Below, one piece after another: positions 33,829-42,489 of a stretch of 64,000 nt of DNA. Within the stretch, counting starts at the first letter, position 1. Each line of letters begins with the position of its first letter. Location: NCBI GenBank assembly GCA_017429425.1, contig JAFROY010000002.1:495317-559316 (forward strand), given 5' to 3'. This DNA comes from Bacteroidales bacterium. Lineage in GTDB: Bacteria > Bacteroidota > Bacteroidia > Bacteroidales > UBA932. The notes under the pieces were generated by a model, which was given only the letters and a program-made list of their open reading frames with translations, made no database searches and was not told where the DNA came from. Both the position numbers and the translations under genes were made by a program.

Positions 33829-34812
33829 ATGACAACAGGTAACGTCCGTCCCGCAGACATGGAGCGCATCACTACGTCCGCTCTGGCCAAGAAATTCATT
33901 GATGAACAGATTAAGGAGCTTCGCGCTCAGATTGGTGACAAAAAGGTGCTGCTGGCACTCTCCGGCGGTGTAGACTCATCGGTCGTAGCTGCGCTGCTGA
34001 TCAAGGCTGTCGGCAAACAGCTCGTCTCCGTGCACGTGAACCACGGTCTGCTTCGCAAGGGTGAACCCGAGCAGGTAATCAAGGTGTTCCGCGACGAACT
34101 GCACGCAAATCTCGTTTATGTGGACGCTACGGACCGTTTCCTGGACAAACTCGCCGGCGTGGCCGATCCCGAGCAGAAGCGCAAGATTATCGGCGCAGAA
34201 TTCATCCGCGTATTCGAGGAAGAGGCCCGCAAGCTGGAAGGCATCAGCTTCCTGGCGCAGGGTACCATCTATCCCGATATCGTGGAATCCGGTCCTGTGA
34301 AGTCGCACCACAACGTGGGCGGTTTGCCGGACGATCTCCAGTTTGAGCTCGTCGAGCCTATCAAGCTGCTGTTCAAGGATGAGGTGCGTGTAGTCGGCAA
34401 GGAACTGGGGCTCCCCGACAATATGGTCTTCCGCCAGCCGTTCCCCGGCCCGGGCCTGGGTGTACGCTGCACGGGTGCCATCACCCGCGACCGTCTGGCC
34501 GCACTGCGTGAAGCGGATGCGATTCTGCGTGAAGAATTCGCAAAGAACGGCCTGGAGGGCAAGGTCTGGCAATATTTCACCATCGTGCCGGACTTTAAGT
34601 CAACTGGCGTCAAAAACGACAAGCGCAGCTGGGACTGGCCAGTGATTATCCGCGCCGTCAACACCCGCGACGCGATGACCGCCACCATCGAAGAGATCCC
34701 CTACAAACTGCTGCACCATATCACGCAGCGTATCGTGACGGAGGTTCCCGGCGTAAACCGTGTCCTCTACGACCTTACCCCGAAGCCTACCGGAACCATT
34801 GAGTGGGAATAA
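33829..34812 (+). CDS. guaA: GMP synthase ATP-pyrophosphatase + dimerisation domains only (no glutamine amidotransferase domain)
   Basis: PP-loop [19 protein letters not shown], and C-terminal KPTGTIEWE. At 327 aa it corresponds to the C-terminal two thirds of a canonical GuaA. A -7 box lies 37 nt upstream. Confidence 0.85.
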   Translation: MTTGNVRPADMERITTSALAKKFIDEQIKELRAQIGDKKVLLALSGGVDSSVVAALLIKAVGKQLVSVHVNHGLLRKGEPEQVIKVFRDELHANLVYVDATDRFLDKLAGVADPEQKRKIIGAEFIRVFEEEARKLEGISFLAQGTIYPDIVESGPVKSHHNVGGLPDDLQFELVEPIKLLFKDEVRVVGKELGLPDNMVFRQPFPGPGLGVRCTGAITRDRLAALREADAILREEFAKNGLEGKVWQYFTIVPDFKSTGVKNDKRSWDWPVIIRAVNTRDAMTATIEEIPYKLLHHITQRIVTEVPGVNRVLYDLTPKPTGTIEWE

Positions 34813-34815
34813 TCC

Positions 34816-35469
34816 ATGAAACGTTTGTTACTGATAATCAGTGTTCTGCTCCTGGCGGTCAGCTGCGGGCAGAAAGTTGATACGCTCCGTACCGGTGACC
34901 TCATTTTCGTGGGGCTTCCGATGGACTATGACGCGGAAGGCGATTCGATGGATGCAGCCATTTCGGCGGCTACCGGAGAGGAAGGCGCACTGAACCTGAT
35001 TCATGTGGCGATTGCCGAAGTCGACGCGGACAGCATCTGGATTATCGACGCGACCATCGCCCACGGCGTAGACCGCCATCCGCTGGCCGTTTTTCTCAAG
35101 GATTTCACCCTGAAAGACGGCACCTATCCGGAGTTCATCATCAAACGGGTAAAAGGCATTGACGCGGAAGCAGCTGTCGGCAGAGCGAAAACCTACTGCG
35201 GCCGCGGCTATGACGTCCGTTTCCTTCCTGACAACGAAGATCAGTATTGCACGGAACTGGTGCAGAACAGCTATCTGGACGCTTCAGGCAACGAGCTCTT
35301 CCACAGCGAACCCATGAATTTCTGCGCACCGGACGGCACGATGCCGCCCTATTGGGAATGGCTGTTCGGCAAGCTGGGAATGGAGGTTCCGCAGGGCGTG
35401 CCCGGTACGAACCCGCAGCGGATGGCTCAATCCGACCTGCTTTACGACGTCCCGGTCAAGTTGTATTAA
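34816..35469 (+). CDS. YiiX-like permuted papain/NlpC-P60 superfamily lipoprotein
   Basis: Lipobox LAVSC, then LRTGDLIFVG and a QYCTELVQNSY cysteine block typical of the YiiX family. Confidence 0.6.
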   Translation: MKRLLLIISVLLLAVSCGQKVDTLRTGDLIFVGLPMDYDAEGDSMDAAISAATGEEGALNLIHVAIAEVDADSIWIIDATIAHGVDRHPLAVFLKDFTLKDGTYPEFIIKRVKGIDAEAAVGRAKTYCGRGYDVRFLPDNEDQYCTELVQNSYLDASGNELFHSEPMNFCAPDGTMPPYWEWLFGKLGMEVPQGVPGTNPQRMAQSDLLYDVPVKLY

Positions 35470-35486
35470 TACCCCGTAATCCAAAC

Positions 35487-35526
35487 AGAAAAGCGGACCA
35501 GCCGAAAGACTGGTCCGCTTCTTTTT
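35487..35526. terminator. Intrinsic terminator hairpin between convergent genes (stronger for the plus strand)
   Basis: Perfect 11-bp stem AAGCGGACCAG / CTGGTCCGCTT (35491-35501 / 35510-35520) with an 8-nt loop. TTCTTTTT follows on the plus strand and TTTTCTG on the minus strand. Confidence 0.65.
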
Positions 35527-35540
35527 GAACAGATATACCG

Positions 35541-36641
35541 TTAGACGTCGGCGCGAGCCATTGCGTCTTTGTAGTACTTCTGGTTGACGAACACATCCTC
35601 TTTGTAAGGGTTGATGTGACGCTTGCGGGAGACGCAGATGATGTAGCCCAGTGCGATTACGTTGACTGCGAGAGCCAGGGCGCTGATGACAATCATCATC
35701 GTAGGATTTGCGGCCACGACGGAAGGATCGACCGTAGTACCTACGATACCGTCAGCTGCAGCCTGACCGCCGGCAGCGTAGAGCTGCTCGATGGTAGCGG
35801 TGCCTTCCGGATAGAGAACGGGCAGCGTTGCCCAGCTGAACCACTGACGGCCGTCTTTGAAGGTCTCCTGGAAGAGCGGGAATACCTGAGCGAACATACA
35901 CCAGAGAGCCAGGGTGTTGGCACGGTTCTGAATCCAACCGCCACGGTTCCAGAGGAGAGCGGCTACGGTCGGAGCAAGAAGCAGTGCGATACCGCAATAC
36001 CAGCTGTGGGTCGGCAGGCAGTTGTAGGTGTAAGCGAAGTTCCAGATGTCGTAGATCACGATATAAACCCAGGTCATATCGGCCCAGATCATATCTTTCT
36101 TATCCTTGGAAGCATAGACGTTCCACCAGGCGGTCATACAGAAGATGTTGAGCAGACCGGCCACGCCGTTCATCACGTTGTGCCAGCCGCCGAACTGCCA
36201 TACGCCTTCGGAGGTGAGCCACCACTTGTTCCAGCCCATTGCAGCGCTCTCGAAGTCGGAGACGCAGGCAATCAGGATGTTGATGGCCACGATGATGAAC
36301 GGGAACGGTTTGAACCAGTGTTTTGCGCCGATACCCCATTTGTACTTGATCATCATGAAGCCGATACACCCGGCCGTGGCGGCGTAAAGCTTGGCATAAT
36401 GGAACCAGCCCTGCATGTAAACATGGGTCTGATTTTCCAGCGCCCACTGCGCACCTGCCCGGACACCGAGCCAGATGGCAATGAAGTATGCGCTGAGAGC
36501 CAGCGGAACTACCAGGAAAGAGATAATGCCGCCGAGTTTGGTACGGCGTGCAAACTCATTGAGAAGAATGAGCCCCAGGAGGACGACAAGCATCATCCCC
36601 CACTGGGAGAGGGCGTTAGCCCCGTAAACATTAAAAAACAT
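35541..36641 (-). CDS. Polytopic membrane protein of unknown function, Trp-rich
   Basis: 366 aa with about 10 hydrophobic segments. ATG at 36641, 20 nt downstream of the preceding gene. A hairpin terminator follows its 3' end. Confidence 0.6.
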   Translation of the reverse strand: MFFNVYGANALSQWGMMLVVLLGLILLNEFARRTKLGGIISFLVVPLALSAYFIAIWLGVRAGAQWALENQTHVYMQGWFHYAKLYAATAGCIGFMMIKYKWGIGAKHWFKPFPFIIVAINILIACVSDFESAAMGWNKWWLTSEGVWQFGGWHNVMNGVAGLLNIFCMTAWWNVYASKDKKDMIWADMTWVYIVIYDIWNFAYTYNCLPTHSWYCGIALLLAPTVAALLWNRGGWIQNRANTLALWCMFAQVFPLFQETFKDGRQWFSWATLPVLYPEGTATIEQLYAAGGQAAADGIVGTTVDPSVVAANPTMMIVISALALAVNVIALGYIICVSRKRHINPYKEDVFVNQKYYKDAMARADV

Positions 36642-36661
36642 AGTAGATGAAAACTAAAAAG

Positions 36662-36955
36662 TTACTTGGTCTGAAGTTTGGGCGCGCGGGCCTTTACCAG
36701 CACGAAGATGGCCCAGACGGCGGTCACGACCACCGACATGGGTAAGCCTACGGTGAGCAGCTCCTTCCAATTCACGGGCAGGAAGAGTTCACCGTTCACG
36801 GCATGATCGACGAGCAGCATCGCGGTACCGCCCCACAGCATCAGTTCCAGGGAGTGAAGATTGCGGGAGAACACAGAGTTTCCCGGGCGGCGGTTGAGCT
36901 TACGATAGGCACTGGTAACGACGGCCTGCGTCAAGGGAACTAAAAAACAAGACAT
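36662..36955 (-). CDS. Small (97 aa) two/three-TM membrane protein, unknown function
   Basis: ATG at 36955, 18 nt after the hypA stop on the same strand. It has hydrophobic segments and I recognise no motif. Confidence 0.45.
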   Translation of the reverse strand: MSCFLVPLTQAVVTSAYRKLNRRPGNSVFSRNLHSLELMLWGGTAMLLVDHAVNGELFLPVNWKELLTVGLPMSVVVTAVWAIFVLVKARAPKLQTK

Positions 36956-36973
36956 GTTGTTGATTATTAATAA

Positions 36974-37315
36974 TTATACTTCTATTTCTTTGATTTCCAC
37001 TTCATTGCCTTGCAGCAACCAAGTGTTTTCGCTCTTGCAGTGCGGGCAGGTTTTACCATATCGGACCGTTTCGTATTCAGCGCCGCAGCCGTCGCAATGG
37101 GTAACCGCGGGGATGATATTGGCTTTCAGCTCGCATCCCCGGAGCAGGTCCTCCTTGTCGGTAGCCCAGCGCCAGCAGTCGGTAAGGTATTCAGGAACGA
37201 TCGTGGAGACCTCTCCGATGTTCATGACAACGGACGAGACGTGCTCCACCTGATGTTCCTCCGCCACCTTCTTGACGTCACGGATGATATAGAAAACGAT
37301 GCCCAGTTCGTGCAT
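36974..37315 (-). CDS. hypA: Hydrogenase/urease nickel metallochaperone HypA
   Basis: MHELGIV N-terminus (the MHE nickel site) and a zinc site CDGCG...CPHC. Length is 113 aa. Confidence 0.8.
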   Translation of the reverse strand: MHELGIVFYIIRDVKKVAEEHQVEHVSSVVMNIGEVSTIVPEYLTDCWRWATDKEDLLRGCELKANIIPAVTHCDGCGAEYETVRYGKTCPHCKSENTWLLQGNEVEIKEIEV

Positions 37316-37324
37316 GGCCGAAGT

Positions 37325-40153
37325 TTACTTCTTCTTGCCGACGATAATCTTGCCGGTACGCTTGAGCATATACGGCAGGATGCCGCTGAACTTGGCCTCG
37401 GAAGTGCGCATCACGCTGGCTTCCGGGTTGTCGCGGTGAAGGTGGATGGCGTCGAATGCACACTTGGTGGTGCAGATACCGCAACCGATGCAGCGGTTTT
37501 CATCCACAACGGAAGCGCCGCAGGAGAGGCAGCGCGCCGTCTCCTTGCGCACCTGTTCTTCCGTCAGGGTCTGCGTGTATTCGCGGAACGGGCCGTTCGC
37601 ATTGTCGTGACCTTCCACCTGGCGGGAACCGTTGTCGTAGGATTCCACCAGGATATCGTCTTTGTCGAGTTCGATGAAGTCGCGGCGGTTGCGGCCGATG
37701 GTCATATGGCCGTGCTGCACATAGCGGTGCAGGCTTTCTGCCGCCTCCTTGCCGGCTGCGATGGCATCGATCGCGAACTTCGGACCGGTGAAGAGGTCAC
37801 CGCCCACGAAGATATCTTCTTCTGCCGTCTGATAGGTCAGTTTGTCGGCCACCGGATAGACACCGCGGACGAATTCCACCTTGGTGTTTTTCAGCAGATC
37901 CTTCAGGATGACGGTCTGGCCGATTGCGAAGATTACCAGGTCTGCATCCAGCGTAATGAGCTGGGATTCATCATATTTCGGAGCGAACTTGTGATCTGCG
38001 TCGAACACGGAAGTACACTTCTTGAAGACAATGCCGGTGACCTTGTCGGTGCCGAGCACCTCCTTCGGGCCCCAGCCGGGATTGATGACCACGCCGTCTT
38101 CGCGTGCTTCGCGGCGTTCTTCGAGCGATGCGGGCATGATATCTTCCGTCTCGAGCGAAAGCATCGTAACAGATGCTGCACCGCTGCGTTTTGCCACGCG
38201 TGCGGCATCGATGGCCACATTACCGCCACCCACCACGACCACGTTGCCGGTGACCTTCTTGTCACCGCAGTTGGCATCGTGAAGGAAATCGATGGCTGTC
38301 GTGGTGCCCTTCAGGGTCTCGCCGCTGATACCGGGCAGACGTCCGCCCTGGCAGCCGATCGCCACGTAGAAGCCCTTGTAGCCCTCTTTGCGAAGGCTTT
38401 CGATGGTAACATCCTTGCCGACCTCCATGCCGCAGCGGATATCCACGCCGATCTCGCGCATGATGTCGATTTCAGCGTCGATTACCTTCTTCTCCAGTTT
38501 ATAGGAAGGAATACCGTAGCGGAGCATACCGCCGGGGAATTCGTTCTTTTCGAATACGGTGGGCTTGTAACCCATCGTGGCCAGGTAGTATGCGCAGCTC
38601 AGGCCGGCCGGGCCGCCGCCGATGATGGCGATCTTCTCTTCCCAGCGGTCCTGCACGTTGGAGCAGATGTTCACCTCGGGAATGAAACGGGTATCGGCAT
38701 TGAGATCCTGCTCTGCGATAAACTTCTTGACAGCATCGATCGCGATGGGCTGGTCAATCGTACCGCGGGTGCAGGCATCCTCGCAACGGCGGTTACAGAC
38801 GCGTCCGCAGACTGCCGGGAACGGGTTTTCACGCTTGATGAGCTCCAGCGCTTCGGTGTATTTGCCTTCTGCAGCCTTCTTCAGGTAGCCCTGAACGGCG
38901 ATATGAGCCGGGCAGGCCGTCTTGCAGGGCGCCGTACCGGTCGGATAGCAGTTGATACGGTTCTTGTCGCGGTAATCCTCATCCCATTTGTGCTTGCCCC
39001 ACTTGCGTGCATCGGGCAGTTCCTGTTTGGGATAGGTCTGCTCGCCATGCTTGGTGCAGAGTTTCTGGCCCAGTTTCACCGCACCGGCGGGGCAGTATTC
39101 CACGCATCGGCCGCAGGCAACACAGTTTTCGGTTTTTACCTTGGCGACGTAGGCGCTGCGCGAGAGATTCGGTGTATTGAAGAGCTGCGAAGTACGCAGA
39201 GCGTTGCAAATCTTGACGTTGCAGTTGCAGATGGCGAAGATCTTGCCCTCGCCGTCGATATTTGTGATCTGGTGAACGAAGCCGTGATCCTCCGCTTTCT
39301 TGAGGATGGCCATCGCCTCGTCGTAGGTGATGTCGTGACCGCGGCCCGTCTCACGGCAATAGTCAGCCATGTCGCCGATACTGATGCACCAGTCACGGTA
39401 GTCGTCTGCACAGCCCTCGTCCAGCTTCTTGCGGCCGTAACGGCAGGAGCAGATACCAACACCCAGGTGGCCCTCATAGCGTTTGAGCCAGTATGAGAGG
39501 TGCTCGATATCCATGGTCTGGTTCTCCATCGAGATGGCTTTCTCCACCGGAATCACGTGCATGCCGATACCGGAGCCGCCCATCGGAATCATGGGGGTGA
39601 TCTTCTCCAGCGGCAGGAAGGTCATGCGCTCGAAGAACATGGCCAGTTCCGGATGGCGGTCCATCAGGTCCTTGTTCATGTTGGTGTATTCGGCGCTGCC
39701 CGGGACGAACATCGGCACCCAGTAGATGCGGTCTTCGCGGTTATACGTGGTACCCGGAATCGGGCCGTCCTTCGTGTATTTGTCGCCGTAGTCGTACTCG
39801 ACCATACCGAAGTAGGAGAGTTTGTCCATCAGTTCATCCAGGGATGCGTCGTCCGGGGTGTAATGCTTCTTGGCATTCATCTCGTGCAGCATCTGGTAGG
39901 TGTGGTGCTTGCGGACCTTGAAATAGTTGCGCGGAAGCATATCCAGCAGCAGGTCCAGAGCGGCCTCGCGGGTTACGGCGTCCATTTCGTCTTCGAAGAT
40001 GCAGGCCAGGCCCCAGTATTCCGGAGCGTCGGTGGTCATCTTGATCTTTCCCGGAATGCGGTCCGTGACGTGGCGGACAAATTTCAGCAGTTTCGGGTTC
40101 GGGTTTTTGTCACCCATGTGTTTGGGGACAAACTTTTTTGACATTTCAGGCAT
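37325..40153 (-). CDS. 942-aa multidomain Fe-S / FAD oxidoreductase (Cys-rich N-module + 4Fe-4S + GltD-like NAD(P)H:FAD module + C-terminal 2x4Fe-4S)
   Basis: Blocks in order: CSCRYGRKKLDEGC...CNCNVKIC; CVACGRCVEYCP; CPAHIAVQGY...FPAVCGRVCNRRCEDAC (GltD-type); IAIIGGGPAGLSCAYYL and VVVVGGGNVAIDAAR Rossmann folds; CLSCGAS...CIGCGICTTKC. Confidence 0.8.
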   Translation of the reverse strand: MPEMSKKFVPKHMGDKNPNPKLLKFVRHVTDRIPGKIKMTTDAPEYWGLACIFEDEMDAVTREAALDLLLDMLPRNYFKVRKHHTYQMLHEMNAKKHYTPDDASLDELMDKLSYFGMVEYDYGDKYTKDGPIPGTTYNREDRIYWVPMFVPGSAEYTNMNKDLMDRHPELAMFFERMTFLPLEKITPMIPMGGSGIGMHVIPVEKAISMENQTMDIEHLSYWLKRYEGHLGVGICSCRYGRKKLDEGCADDYRDWCISIGDMADYCRETGRGHDITYDEAMAILKKAEDHGFVHQITNIDGEGKIFAICNCNVKICNALRTSQLFNTPNLSRSAYVAKVKTENCVACGRCVEYCPAGAVKLGQKLCTKHGEQTYPKQELPDARKWGKHKWDEDYRDKNRINCYPTGTAPCKTACPAHIAVQGYLKKAAEGKYTEALELIKRENPFPAVCGRVCNRRCEDACTRGTIDQPIAIDAVKKFIAEQDLNADTRFIPEVNICSNVQDRWEEKIAIIGGGPAGLSCAYYLATMGYKPTVFEKNEFPGGMLRYGIPSYKLEKKVIDAEIDIMREIGVDIRCGMEVGKDVTIESLRKEGYKGFYVAIGCQGGRLPGISGETLKGTTTAIDFLHDANCGDKKVTGNVVVVGGGNVAIDAARVAKRSGAASVTMLSLETEDIMPASLEERREAREDGVVINPGWGPKEVLGTDKVTGIVFKKCTSVFDADHKFAPKYDESQLITLDADLVIFAIGQTVILKDLLKNTKVEFVRGVYPVADKLTYQTAEEDIFVGGDLFTGPKFAIDAIAAGKEAAESLHRYVQHGHMTIGRNRRDFIELDKDDILVESYDNGSRQVEGHDNANGPFREYTQTLTEEQVRKETARCLSCGASVVDENRCIGCGICTTKCAFDAIHLHRDNPEASVMRTSEAKFSGILPYMLKRTGKIIVGKKK

Positions 40154-40165
40154 AACGTCTGTGTT

Positions 40166-40840
40166 TTATCGATTTTTCCAATTGTTTACTTCCTGCAGGA
40201 GCCACTCTGCGAAGTGCTCCATCCCCTCACCTGTCTTGGCACAGATGGGAATCACCTGCGCCTTGGGATTGCGCATGCGCACGTTCGCACGGCACTTCTC
40301 CATATCAAAGTCGAAATAAGGCTGTACGTCAATCTTGTTGACGAGCACCAGGTCGCACACGGAGAACATCAGGGGGTATTTCAGAGGTTTGTCGTCGCCT
40401 TCCGGGACTGAGAGAATCATGGCGTTGCGCACCGATCCGGTATCGAATTCGGCCGGGCAGACCAGGTTGCCCACATTTTCCAGAATCACGAGGTCTACGC
40501 TGTCCATGGGCAGATTGTCCAGTCCCTGGCGCGTCATTTCAGCGTCCAGGTGGCACATGCCGCCCGTGTGAAGCTGGATAGCCTCCACGCCGGTGGCTTC
40601 CGCAAGCTTGCGGGCATCCACGTCGCTGTCGATATCCGCTTCCATCACGGCAATCCGGAGTTTCTCTTTCAAAAGATTGACCAGGCGGATCAGGGTGGTG
40701 GTTTTTCCGCTGCCCGGAGAGGACATTAAGTTGAGGAGGAAGACGCCGCGGGCCTTGAGTTCCCGCCGGAGCGCATCCGCGTCGTTCTGGTTTTCAGCGA
40801 ATACGCTCTTCTTTATCTCAATGATTTTCACTTCGTCCAT
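40166..40840 (-). CDS. hypB: Nickel-inserting GTPase HypB
   Basis: P-loop SSPGSGKTT, the CH motif GGMCHLDA, ENVGNLVCPA and NKID. The track start is TTG, so ATG 40840 (MDEVKII) is used. There is no His-rich N-terminus. Confidence 0.85.
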   Translation of the reverse strand: MDEVKIIEIKKSVFAENQNDADALRRELKARGVFLLNLMSSPGSGKTTTLIRLVNLLKEKLRIAVMEADIDSDVDARKLAEATGVEAIQLHTGGMCHLDAEMTRQGLDNLPMDSVDLVILENVGNLVCPAEFDTGSVRNAMILSVPEGDDKPLKYPLMFSVCDLVLVNKIDVQPYFDFDMEKCRANVRMRNPKAQVIPICAKTGEGMEHFAEWLLQEVNNWKNR

Positions 40841-40952
40841 AAGGTCGATTATAATCAGCAATAATACGAAATCTCCGGCAGATAACCAAATTCTCAGGAA
40901 AATGACGATATTTGTGACACAAAAAAGGAATCAACTACTAATTATCTTGAAT

Positions 40953-41330
40953 ATGAAAGCAATACAGACAGAAAAGGCCCCGGCGGCTATCGGACCGTAC
41001 AGCCAGGCTATTGACAGCGGTGCAGGCATCGTTTTCGTTTCGGGCCAGTTGCCCATCAACCCCGCAACAGGGACATTTCCGGAAGGCGGCGTCAAGGAAC
41101 AGACGCGCCAGAGCCTGCTCAACGCAAAGGCTATCCTGGAGGCAGCGGGACTGGGGCTGGACAATGTTGTCAAAACCACCGTTTTCCTTGCGTCCATGTC
41201 GGACTTCGCAGCCATGAACGAAGTCTATGCACAGTTCTTTACCGCCCCCTTCCCTGCACGCAGCGCAGTGGCAGTGAAAACCCTCCCCAAAGAGGCGCTG
41301 GTCGAGATCGAGTGTATCGCAGCGAAGTAA
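40953..41330 (+). CDS. ridA: RidA/YjgF-family reactive enamine/imine deaminase
   Basis: 125 aa: MKAIQTEKAPAAIGPYSQAI...VFVSGQLP...ARSAVAVKTLPKEALVEIECIA. The track ORF 40593-41330 is an in-frame upstream extension with no credible coding content. Confidence 0.9.
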   Translation: MKAIQTEKAPAAIGPYSQAIDSGAGIVFVSGQLPINPATGTFPEGGVKEQTRQSLLNAKAILEAAGLGLDNVVKTTVFLASMSDFAAMNEVYAQFFTAPFPARSAVAVKTLPKEALVEIECIAAK

Positions 41331-41344
41331 CGGACGAAGTGCCG

Positions 41345-41389
41345 CATCAAAAAAGAAAAGCGCTGGATCAGCGCTTTTCTTTTTTGATG
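41345..41389. terminator. Bidirectional intrinsic terminator (21-bp perfect inverted repeat, 3-nt loop)
   Basis: CATCAAAAAAGAAAAGCGCTG-GAT-CAGCGCTTTTCTTTTTTGATG has a GC core flanked by A and T tracts on both strands. It lies between convergent ridA and the acyltransferase-3 gene. The right arm encodes the last 7 codons of the acyltransferase. Confidence 0.7.
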
Positions 41390-42489
41390 CCGAATACGCA
41401 CCAGCGTATGAACGGGATCCTTCGCAGGAGTTCGTAGATGGCCGGAGAGAGCGTAAAGACAGCCACAATTAGAATCAGGTACATCGCAGTGGGCGGAAGC
41501 GTCGTGTGAACCTTCATCATGTAGCCGAAACTTGCAATGACTGAATAGTGCACGATATAGAGACCGTAGCTGCTGCGGGTCATCCAGCCTGCGAAGCGCG
41601 AAGTCTTGTCGAAACGTGCGGCAAACAACCCCATCAGCGCGATGCAGGTCAGCCAGCCGTAGATATTATTCAGAGGAGACTGCAGATATTGGGGCGAGGT
41701 ATTGTCTTGACCGAACATGGTGGCAATCAGTACGCTGCCTGCCGCTACAGCAGCGAAGATCAAGAGAATCCACCATTTGCGCAGCATCTCCTGCACTTTG
41801 TCGTGCGCGAAGATAAAGTATCCCATCATGAATGGAATCAGGTAGAACAGCGGCTTATAGAGGTTGAGCAAGCCATCCATGGAGTTTTCGCGGGGATGTC
41901 GGACAAGCGTTTGTTCTCCCAGCCAGAAGAGTACCCCGAGAAGCAGAATCCAGAGGATGCCTGCTTTCCCGCCGAAAACGCGGCCGCAGCCCTCGTAAAA
42001 CTTGTTTTGCGGATCCGCCTTTCGGATAAGCAGGAGTAACGCAGAGAAACCCAGCAAGTTCTGGATGAACCAGAGCGGACCGGTGCCGGATCCGGCCCAA
42101 ATGAGATATTTGATTGGCTGGGGCACCTCCTGCAGGACATCCACACCGGCTATGTGCGTGTTGAAATAGCCTGTAATCCACTGATAGACGAAGAGACCCA
42201 GTGTGGCGGGCAGCAACAACTTTCGAACCCGGCTGTTAAACCACTCTTTCGTTGTGCGGTGTTCCAGTGCATAGCGGGAGCTGATGCCCGCCAGGATGAA
42301 GAGCAGCGGCATAAAGAACGGATAGAGGATGTACATCACCACGTCCTGGTACTGATGGCACTCCGGATAGGGACCGAAGCCGCCGATACCGCCGAACACA
42401 CCTTTGTTATTATAGAAGTAGAATACGTGATAGAGGAGCACCAAGAGCACGGTCACCCAGCGCAGGTTGTCAACCCAGTGCTTTCTCAT
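41368..42489 (-). CDS. Acyltransferase-3 family integral membrane O-acyltransferase
   Basis: The WVDNLRWVTVLLVLLYHVFYF start is typical of the OafA/OpgC-like acyltransferase_3 family. About 10 TM segments. Confidence 0.8.
   Translation of the reverse strand: MRKHWVDNLRWVTVLLVLLYHVFYFYNNKGVFGGIGGFGPYPECHQYQDVVMYILYPFFMPLLFILAGISSRYALEHRTTKEWFNSRVRKLLLPATLGLFVYQWITGYFNTHIAGVDVLQEVPQPIKYLIWAGSGTGPLWFIQNLLGFSALLLLIRKADPQNKFYEGCGRVFGGKAGILWILLLGVLFWLGEQTLVRHPRENSMDGLLNLYKPLFYLIPFMMGYFIFAHDKVQEMLRKWWILLIFAAVAAGSVLIATMFGQDNTSPQYLQSPLNNIYGWLTCIALMGLFAARFDKTSRFAGWMTRSSYGLYIVHYSVIASFGYMMKVHTTLPPTAMYLILIVAVFTLSPAIYELLRRIPFIRWCVFGIKKEKR

Noticed and set aside
37010-39496. 828-aa plus-strand ORF opposite hypA and the 942-aa oxidoreductase
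   Set aside because: Same reasoning. It crosses a gene boundary, has Ala/Gly/Val/Asp/His-rich composition and shows no motifs. The minus-strand product has several textbook Fe-S and Rossmann motifs.
40593-40952. N-terminal 120-aa extension of the ridA ORF in the track. Similar in-frame upstream extensions occur at 61956-62351 (deaminase), 61671-62021 (nitrilase family), 48714-49100 (helical-repeat gene) and 55555-55653 (deiminase family).
   Set aside because: The extensions overlap neighbouring genes or promoters, are Ser/Arg-rich, and precede an ATG where the conserved family N-terminus begins. -7 boxes sit between the long and short starts.
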